Assembly: GCA_041749135.1 (NCBI GenBank)
Contig: JBGTBW010000146.1
Location: 9,573-73,572, forward strand
From: Verrucomicrobiales bacterium
GTDB taxonomy: Bacteria > Verrucomicrobiota > Verrucomicrobiia > Verrucomicrobiales > DEV007
Direction of reading: 5' to 3'
DNA length: 64,000 bases
Shown: positions 1 through 9,700 of the stretch, in pieces
Layout: each line of letters starts with the position of its first letter
Position numbering within the stretch: position 1 is the first letter of the stretch
Notes under the pieces: generated by a model
Database searches by the model: none
What the model was told of the DNA's origin: nothing
The model's input: the letters and a program-made list of their open reading frames with translations, nothing else
Program-made: the position numbers and the translations under genes

Positions 1-521
1 ACGATTCGCACCGTCGCGCGACGGTGATGTTCGGCGGCAGCCCGGACAATTCGGGCGCGAGCGACGAGACATGGGAACTCACCGCCGTGGACCTGCCGGT
101 CATCAGCGAACATCCTGTCAGTCAATACGGCGCGCTGGGTGGGCCCGCGACCTTCAGCGTCCTTCTCGCCATCCCCGGTCCCGTATCCTACCAGTGGCAT
201 CATGGGAACACGCCGATCCCCGGCGCGCGCTCCCAAACGTTTACGCTCGCGAACGTGCGCCCAGAGGATGCCGGCGAATACCGTGTCCAGATAACCAATG
301 CCTGCGGCGCCATCCGCAGTCGTCCTGCCCTTCTCTCACTGCATCCCGGCCTGAAAATCTTCTCTTCCGGCAAGGCCGTAACCTTGATCTGGCCGCCGGA
401 TTTGCGCGTCGTTCTTGAAACGGCTGAAAACTTGATCGGACCTTGGACGGGCATTCCCGATGCAACCAGCCCTTTCACCGTCAGCGGGGTTGGGCCATCA
501 AAGTATTTCCGCTTGCGGTAA
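1..521 (+). CDS. C-terminal part of a large secreted protein (5' end outside window). Ig-like (I-set-like) domain plus a conserved C-terminal '...LIWPP...W...YFRLR' tail.
   Basis: ORF open from the window edge (no upstream stop in frame). Ig-like motif YQWHHGNTPIPGA...FTLANVRPEDAGEYRVQITNACG. C-terminal ~50 aa resembles the tails of three other secreted proteins in this window. Confidence 0.6.
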   Translation, partial: DSHRRATVMFGGSPDNSGASDETWELTAVDLPVISEHPVSQYGALGGPATFSVLLAIPGPVSYQWHHGNTPIPGARSQTFTLANVRPEDAGEYRVQITNACGAIRSRPALLSLHPGLKIFSSGKAVTLIWPPDLRVVLETAENLIGPWTGIPDATSPFTVSGVGPSKYFRLR

Positions 522-743
522 CCTAACCTAGTAACTCAACACATTCGTGTCGAAGATCACGCTTCTTCCTCCCACGGATTGACGAGTAGCGTCGCCCGAG
601 ACCTCGAGATCAGCCGCGCTCACTCAAGCGTGATGTACCGTCTTCCCATTGGCGTGCCTATTGTCAGTATTCTCACACTGATCCCGAATTTCCCGGCGAG
701 CACAGGGAGAAGAGGGCCTATAAAGGGGGAGGGCTTTCAGCGG

Positions 744-3700
744 CTACTCCCTGACCTCCGCCCTCGCCCGGTAGAATCGAAGGGGGGCGTCGGAGGAGTC
801 AATGTAGACGATCCGGTCGCTGAGGCTGGGCACACGGGCAACCGGTGTCCACGTGATCAGGTCCGACGACGCTTCGATGAGATATTCGGTTCCCGGCCTG
901 GCCGGGAACGCGATGCGATAGTCGCGGGGCGTCTGTGAGGCGTTCGCTAGGGCCGGACTCCCGCCACCCGCGCCGCCCTCGATCCATGGCCCATTGAAAC
1001 CGGCCCCGAAGCCTCCGGGCGCCGTGCGGGCCAACGCTTTGGAGCCGGGGCCCTTCGAGTGGATTTTCAGGTTCCCGCCTCCAAGGGTCTGCTCGACAGT
1101 CCGTCGTCCGTTCCAGTGGCTGGAGAACCAGAGTCTGTCGTCTCGATCCCACACGGCGACCGCCAAGCTGTCGTTCCGTCCGGGTTCACCACGGTCGGTC
1201 AACAGCACCTGCAGGGTCGCCTGCTTATCCACTGTGATCCCCTTGCCCGGCCCGGTAACGTCGGAGATGACAACCCGCGCGGTGAACACGCTGCGGTTGT
1301 CCTGCACCGCGAGCGAGGTGAGCGCGCTGCTCTTGATCTGATACACGCGCTCATCGCTCCGCAACGTCAGGTCCACCGAACCCTGCAGCGTCTTCCCACC
1401 CTGGATGAACTTCGCGTTGAGCCCGAAGTCGAGCTTGGAGCCCGCGTCGCCCGGCACGATCCCATCCGAATCCGACAGCACCAGGAACCCGCCCCCGGTC
1501 ACCATGTCGCCGGCCAAGGGACGGGACACCGTCACCAGCACGTCGTCCTCACGGCTGTCCCTGTCGAACCAGCCTCCGATGATCATTCCGATCGAGTAGG
1601 ACTCCGAATCCGCGGAGCCGATGTCCACCGGCCAATCGAAGGAAACCATGCCGAGTTCCGGAGCATCTGGGTCCGGCGCCTGCACTGGCAGATCCCCGGC
1701 GATCACTAAACCGGTGGTGCGATCGACGAAGGTGACCGTCGCCTTCCGGATGTCGGCAGGATACGGGTCGTGCTCAAGATCGTCCGACGGCAGCGTGGAC
1801 AGATCCCAGACCGTGGCGCGCAGGGTCAGCATCGTCGTGCTGCTGGTGGGCGACGAGGCCCCCTGGAAGAGCACTCCGGCGAAGGAGCTCCGCGCGTCTT
1901 CCGGCAACACCGTGATCTCGAACTCCGCCTCCTCCGTGGCTGCGGTGGCGTCCTCGACCTCGACGCGGAACCGGTAATCGCCCGGCGCAACCCGCGCCCG
2001 CCCGGACAGAATCCACCGGACCGCATTTGCCTCGGTCGCGGTGAGGGCCCAGGACAGGCCATCCGGAACGCCGGGTTCGAACGGCGCCGCATCGTCCGCC
2101 CGCCTCCACGAGATTCGCACAACAAGGTCTTCGCCCGGCGTTTCTGCGTCGCCGGCGACCACGCTCACCGGCGCGATGGCGTCGCTGTACTGCACCGGCT
2201 GTCCGGCCCAATCGACGTCGAGGGCAGGCGGTGTTTGAACACCCCGGAGGTGCACCGTCGCCAGCGCAAACCCGCTCTCCGCACCGCCCGGGTCGCGCAC
2301 AGCGAAGCGGAACTGATCGGTGCGGTACTCGTCCCGCGGGACCACCAATCCGGCCGGCGGGGTGTAATGCACCGTCTCGCCCGACAGGATCACCTCGCCG
2401 AGCGTTCCTTCCGTGTCGATCGCGGCCACCCGCAAGGTGGAACGGTCGTCGTCTGGGTCCTCGGCGTTCGCCAACAGGCTGGCGGTCAGGTCCACCGTGA
2501 CCGGTTCGAGGGCGATCACCGCGTGCGCTTCCCCGGCCATGGGTGACGAATTGACCCCGGTGACGGTCACTGTGACCGTGCCGCGTCCGGTGGCGCCGAA
2601 GGGATCTTCGACGAGGTAGTCGAACTGGTCGGTGGCCGTCTCGCCCTCCTGCAAGCCATCGAAGCGCCTCGCCGGGGAGTAGAAGAATGCGGTTCCTAAG
2701 ACCCCCGCCTGGCCCTGGGTCAGCGAACGTTCCACGCCCGACACGCGCAGTTGGGCGGTCTGACCCGGGTCCGGATCGGCGGCCGTGGCGAGGAGCAACG
2801 CGGCAATCTCCACCGGGTCCTCATTCTCGGCCACCGTGATGGTAACCGGCCCGGCGGTGGGCGCGTCGTTGCGCCCCTGGATGCGGATCGTGACGCGGCC
2901 GGAGGCCGTGGAGCCCTGACGATCGCTGACGGTGTACCCGAAGGCGTCCATCCGTTCCCCGCCGGGCCCGAGCTTCGGACCGCTGCCGGCCGGGTTGTAA
3001 CTGAGCGTTCCATCCGGTGCGAGCGACACGGACCCCAGCACACCGCTGGCGTCGATGGCGGTGATCAGGGTCCGATCGCCCACGTCAGCATCCGTCGCCT
3101 GGGTCAGAATCGCATTGTCGATCACGTTGTCCCCGCTGTTCTCCGGAAGCGCGATGACCAGGTCCGGCGCGGACGGGGGATGATTCTCCCCATGAACCTC
3201 CACCGTCACCCGCGCCGAGGCGCGGGCCCCGTGCACATCCTCGACCACATACAGGAACGAGTCGGTCACTGACGTCCCGGGCGGCAGCGGAAAGCGCCCC
3301 TCCGGATCGTAGTGGAACACGCCGCCGCCCTGGTGCACCACCCGGCCGATGGTTCCCAGCGTGACGACATCGACGATGCCGAAGGTGTCGCCCGGATTCG
3401 AATCCGTGTCGTTGTCCATCACGCTCGGTGTCGTGAGAGCCGCAGTCGCCACCGTGCTGAAGCCAGCGCCCCCATCGTCCACGGCCAGCGGCGGATCGTT
3501 CTCCGCCAGCACCGTCACCGTCGTGTCGCCATCGAGACGCGTGAAGTCTCCCATCGTGACCGTCAGTGTGAACACGGCTGTCTCGGATTCGCCCACGGGA
3601 CGCCGGTACCGGCTGGGAACGAAGACCATCGCCCGCAAGGCCGCCTCGACCGTGCCGGCCGGACCTGCCAGTTCGTACGTGTCCTCGTTCGACCCGGTGA

Positions 3701-6700
3701 AACCGGGCGCGAGGAGCATCCCCTTCCCCGCGTCATCGATGGCCACGTGGACCGCGAGGGTTGTCGTGGCCGGGACTCGCAGTGAAACGCTCTCAAAGGG
3801 CATGGCAGTCTCGCGGTCGGTGATGCTCAGGCTCCGGATCCCGGACGGGGCGGGAAGCCCCGCGCCGTTGAACCACACCTGGTTGGGCCGGCCGAAGCCT
3901 CCGCCGAAGACCAGGTCCAGCGCTCCATCGCGGTTGAGGTCCCCCGCCACGATCGAGGTCATCGCATGCTCCGGTCCCGGCGTGCCTGCCTCTGGTGCGA
4001 AGGTTCCGGCGCCGTCGTTTACCAGCAGGACGGAACGGTTCACCGACTGCCCATCCACGAACTGGCTCTGAAGCACAATCAGATCGAGCGCCCCGCTCCC
4101 GTCGAAATCGCCCAGCGCCGCCCCCTGGACCGTGTTCCACGCGAAGGTCTGCGCCGTGGCCGTGAACTGTCCGGAGCCGTCGTTCAACCAAACCAGCGCT
4201 CCGGATCCGCTCCGCCGCACCGTGAGGATGTCCGCCGCGCCGTCCCCATTGACATCTCCGACCAACGGAAAGGCGCCACTTTCGCCGAGAGCCTGGAGAG
4301 TGTCGCGGAACACGCCGTGACCGTCGTTGAGCCAGACGAGCGTGGGCCCCAAGAACTGCCCGGCCACCAAGTCGAGGCTGCCGTCGTTATCGACGTCGGC
4401 GATCCGCACCTCGGTAAAGGTGCGGTTCGCGAAGCCGATGTCCGCCATGGCCACGGTGGATTCAGTGAACACGCCCGTTCCATCGTTCAGCCAGACCCGA
4501 GCGGCGGTGGTGTTGACCGTCACCAGATCCACGTCGCCATCTCCGTCGAGGTCCGCCGCCGCCACGCCCTCGAACAGGACGTCTGCCAGGGACTGTGAAC
4601 CCTCGGTGAAGCCACCGCTCCCATTGTTGAAGAAGAGCGCCAAGCCGTAGGGCTCCGAACGATGCGTGGTGATCACGTCGAGATACCCGTTGCCGTTGAG
4701 GTCCGCCAGTTGCGCCCTCGAAATGTATTTCGAGCCGACCGCCTGAGTCCCCTCCGCGAATCCCCCGGAGCCGTTGTTGAACCAAACCCGCCCGCCATAA
4801 GGGGCCGGCTGGCCGATATAGCCCAGCGCGTTCGGAACGAACAGGTCCGGATGCCCGTCTCCGTTCAGATCCCCGATAGCGATGCCGAAAGAGTTGTACT
4901 CCTCGTTGCCAATCCGCTGAAGGCTGTCGGTGAACGCGCCGGCTCCCGCCGGAGCCTCGATGACGAACTCCGATAGGACCGGCGCCGGGAGAATTTCGCC
5001 CTGCGCCCCGGTCAGTCCTGTGAGAACCGTCACGGTGACCCGTTCACCCGCGAAAAACCCGGTGTCCGGATCGAGGGTCAGCGTCAGGATCGTCCCGTCC
5101 AGTTCGCTCCGCACTCCGCGCGGTCCACTCTGTTCACCGGCCACCGAGAGGTTGGCCTCCACAGTGGCGGGATTGAGCGGGCGATTGAAACGGAGCACGA
5201 CGGGTTCATCGCCGGGCGCCGCGGGGTGATTGGGCGAAGGAAGCATCTCGACCACGCGCAGGGTCGAGCGCACGTCGAGCGTCACCGTCGCCGGCGCGGA
5301 GGTCCCCAGGCCGTCCGTGGCCCCATAGGTGAACGCATCGGCTCCCGTATGTCCCGGCGCCGGCGTGTAGACGAACGAGCCGTCGCGCCGAAGGGTGAGC
5401 GCGCCGTGAGCGGGCGATGTCACGAGCACGGCGGTGAGCGGATCGCCATCCGCATCGGCATCATTCGCCAGGACTCCCTGCGAGGCGGCGACCATAAAGG
5501 TATCCCCCGCGGGCGCCAGGTAAGGTCCGTCGTCGTCCGCCACCGGAGCGGTATTCCCGATCTTCACCCGGGCAGGCGCCGAGGCCGCCTGCGCATCCGC
5601 GGCCCGGTAGGTGAACACATCCACCCCGGCGAAGCCCGCCCCCGGAGTGTAGGTGAACCCTCCATTCGCGCTGAGGACCACGCTCCCACGCGTGGGAGGG
5701 GTCACCAGTTGGGCCTGCATCGGACCGCCGTCGCCCGGCAGGTCGTTCGCCAGCGGGCCCTGAGCGGCGGCAACGACGACCGGAGACGTTCCGTTGGCCG
5801 GATAAAAGTCGTCGCGGGACACCGGGGCGGACTGATTGAGCCAGACCTCATTGCCGGAGCCGATGGACCGGCTGTTGTTGACCACGAATACGTCGAGGTC
5901 GCCGTCGCCGTCGAGATCCGCAATCGCCGCATGATAGCTGTCCGAGGCGCCCAGCAGCGGGCCAGAGAGGGCGAATCGGGCGGAACCGTCATTGAGCAGG
6001 ACGGCGTCCCCGCCGCCCTGGCCCGCGCCATCGCGGACATCCGCCTGCCACACGTCGAGGCGGCCGTCCCCGTTCAGGTCGCCGAGCCCGGCCCCGAGGG
6101 TGAAGCGCCGGTGAATCTCGTAGGGTGAGCGATGGAAGTTCGCAGCACCGTCGTTGAGCCAGACCTCGTTAGCGCCGGAGTTGACCTGGTGCACAACCCA
6201 GGCGTCGAGGGCGCCGTTGCCGTCGAGGTCCGCCAGCACGACCTGGCGCGCCCACGTGGGGTTGACCACGCCGGACCGTAGCGAGAACCGCGCCCCGCCC
6301 TCGTTGATGAGCAACTGCCCGCCCTGGATGCCGGCAAGGTACACATCCATGAACCCATCGTTGTTCAAATCACCTACAGCACCGGCGGACGCCGACGTGA
6401 TCGCGATGGCGGAGCCGGCATCGAGCGTGAAGTTTCCATGGCCGTCATTCCGCCAGACCCAGGCCCACGTGGCGTTGACTCCCAGCAGGTCGAGCGCTCC
6501 GTCCCCGTCAAAGTCGCCCGCCAGCAGGAAACTGGGCGACCCGAACGGGAGGCTCGACAGACCGAATGTCACGACGTCGGCAGCGGGAAACTCGCCAAGG
6601 CCGTCATTGAATCCGATGCGCAGTTCCGTGCTCCGGCCGCCAAAGGCATTGTCCGCCTGACCAATCAGGACCAGGTCGGGATGACCGTTGCCATCGAGGT

Positions 6701-9700
6701 CCGCCACGAGCGGCGCAGAGCCACGGAAGGCGAGGTTAGGGTATTGAAGACCGAGAGATTCTTCGCGCTCGGTGAACGTGCCGTCACCCTGGTTCAGGTA
6801 AAGGCGCGGATGCGTGTCGCGGTTCCAAACCACCGCTTCGGACGCCCCGTCCCCATTCAGATCCGCCAGCGTCACGAACTCGCTGAATTCCGTGGTCGAG
6901 CTTCCCGCGAGAGTGCGCTCAAACACCGCGCTGCCCCGGGGAACGGCGGCGTGAAACCGCCAGGCGTGAGGCCGCGCAAGCTCGGCCGCCGCGCCGCCCC
7001 GAATGCCAGCCGACACATGGACCGTGATGGATTCCCCGGGAAGGAACGGCGCCGCCGGGACCAGGGTCACTTCCGATCCGTTGACCGCCGCAGTGACCTC
7101 CCGGCGCCCGGTCAGGGACCCGAAGACGTTCAACCGCCCGGCCATCGAGGGCTCGTCCAGGGACTGGCTGAACGTGATCCGCACCGGACCGTCCGCCGGG
7201 GCGTCCGGCGTGTGGGCCGCCGGGTCCACCGACACAATCTCCAGCCGCTCGATGACCCGCAGCGACACCGTCGCCGGCCCGGACCAACTCCGCCCGTCGG
7301 AGGTCCGGTAGGTGAAGGTATCGACGGCGGCAATGCCTGGTTCCGGGGTGTACTGGAACGAGCCGTCGGAGGTGAGGAACAGCGTCCCGTGCGAGGGCGG
7401 CGTGACCAGTTCGACCACCAGACCGGCATCGCCGTCCGGGTCGCGGTCATTGGCCAGAACGCCCTCGGCGGCCGGCACGATCCGCGTCTCTCCTTCGAAG
7501 AGCGCGTAGACGTCGTCCTCGGCCACCGGCACGGCGTTCCCCAGCTTGACTCGCGCCGAGGGATAGAACCCATAACTGTACGGTGTGCCGGCGCTGTACA
7601 CGAAGGTGTCGGACCCGGGATGGTCAGGGTTGGGCGTGTAGCGGAACGCCCCGTCCTGCAGGAGCTCTAGCGTCCCATGGACCGGCGGGGTCGCCACCTG
7701 CGCCCACGCGGTTGCGGTCGCCGGCAGCTCCAGGTTCGGATCGAAATCGTTGGCCAGCACCCCCTCCGCAACCGGCGCCTCGATCACTTCGGCGCCGTCG
7801 TAGACATAGAAGTCGTCCGCCAGGATCAGCGCCCGGGCGCCCAGGGCGACGCGGATCGGACCGGACAGATAGCCGATCTCGTCCGCCCGCACCCGGTAGG
7901 TGAAGGCGTCGATGCCGCTGCTCAAGGAGTCGAACGATCGATACTCGAATCCCCCATCCAGATGCAGCGTGAGCGTGCCGTTGGCCACGTTGTCGACCAG
8001 TTCGGCGATTAGCTCGAGTCCGTGGGTGTTGAGATCGTTGGCCAGGACCCCGCCGCCGGCGTCCACGTCCAGGTAAAAATAGGCGTCGACGACGTTGTTG
8101 AGATCGAACGACACGAAGGAGTAGTGGTCCGGTCTCGCCTCGGGAGCGTCCGCCTCGCCCGTGACCTGGATGGTGACGGTGACCGGGTCCGATTCCAGGT
8201 CGCCGTCGGTCAGGAAGTAGCGGAACGAATCAGTCCCCCGGTAGGACGGAGGGGGTGTGTAGGTGAAACTGCCGTCGGCCCGCAGTTCCAGTTCACCATG
8301 TTCGGCATACACAGGCACGCGGGCCGCCCAGCTGCCGTCCGGCCAGTCGCCGAAGTATTCGAGGTCCTCGTACGGCGCCCCTGGCCACCGGGTCAAAAGA
8401 TCGTACAAGCGGCCCTCCACCCAGACATCGGTACGCACCGAAAAGTCGTCACCGTCCGGGTCCGATGCCCCCTGCAACAAGCCATGGGAGCGTGGCAGCT
8501 CGATCACGCCGTTCTTTTCGATTGCGAAGGTCTGCGGAGCTGCCGGCACGGGTGGCCGGTTGCGGATGATCCCGAAGGTCCGGGTCTCCGTGGGGAAGAA
8601 GGACGAACCCGCCGCGCTGGTCAGGGTGTCCCGCACCGTGACGTTCACCGTTTCGCCGCGGATAAACCTTTCGGAGAAGCTCAGGGTTGCCTCCCGTCCG
8701 TCGCCGGACAGCGCGACGGAGAAGTCCTGCCGCCCGCTGCTTGAACCGCTTACTTCGACGTGGGATCCCACGGCATCCCCGGTCACCGGTTCGTCGAAAG
8801 ACAGCACCACTGGGGTCCAAGCCTCACCTTCGTCGCCCGGCTCCGGGGTCAGCGTCAGCCAGTTGAGTCGTGAGTGGACCGTCAGAGTAACAGTGATCTC
8901 CTCCGACACCCGCCCGTTGAAATCCTGAATCCGGTAGATGAACCGGTCCTCGCCGTTGAAGAAAGTGTTCGGCAGGTAGGTGAAGCTCCCGTCCTCGAAC
9001 AGAGACAGGGAGCCGTGCTCTGGATCGGTGACAAGCCCGGCACGGGGCGAGTCGCCGAAGTCATTCGCCAACACGCCGTCCGCAGCGTCCACCGTTAGCA
9101 GGATGTCCTCGATCCCCTCGTAAGCCTCCGGCTCCCCGGACGGAGCCACGCTCTCGAACGCGCCGATGTCGCGCGGTCCGCCGAGCGCGCGAAGAACTCC
9201 CCTCTGATCCACGGCATCCCCGGGAAAGAGAGTCCCCGGCGTCCCGTTGTCCCGCGCTGGACTGCCTGTACGCAGCGCGTGAGTGCGGGTGCGGCCCCCG
9301 TTGTGTTCGAGGGGCCCCAAGCCGGGATCCTGCGCCGTCCGGAACCGCGCGGCTTCGGGGAGGAGCAAGTCGCTCAGCAACGCCGCCTGCCCGCCCGTCC
9401 CGTCGGTATCGAGGTTGTAGCCGGTTGAGGTGATGAAGGTCTGGAGGGTCAGGGTGCGGTTGTAAACGTCATCCGGCCGATTGTGGGCTAGAATGGTCCC
9501 GGCGATGTTGACTGCCGACACCCCAAGGACCTCCGGCTCCAGGCTCGCCTTCAGCGAACTCATCGCCGTCGAGTAGATCCCCCCGCCCTGCCGGGTCAGG
9601 CCGTTGATGGCCTCATTGCCGTGGATCGTGCAGTTGAACAGCGTGGCGATCGCCGTGCCCTCAGTGAAGCTACCGTTGTAGAGGCCCCCGCCGAAGGCCG

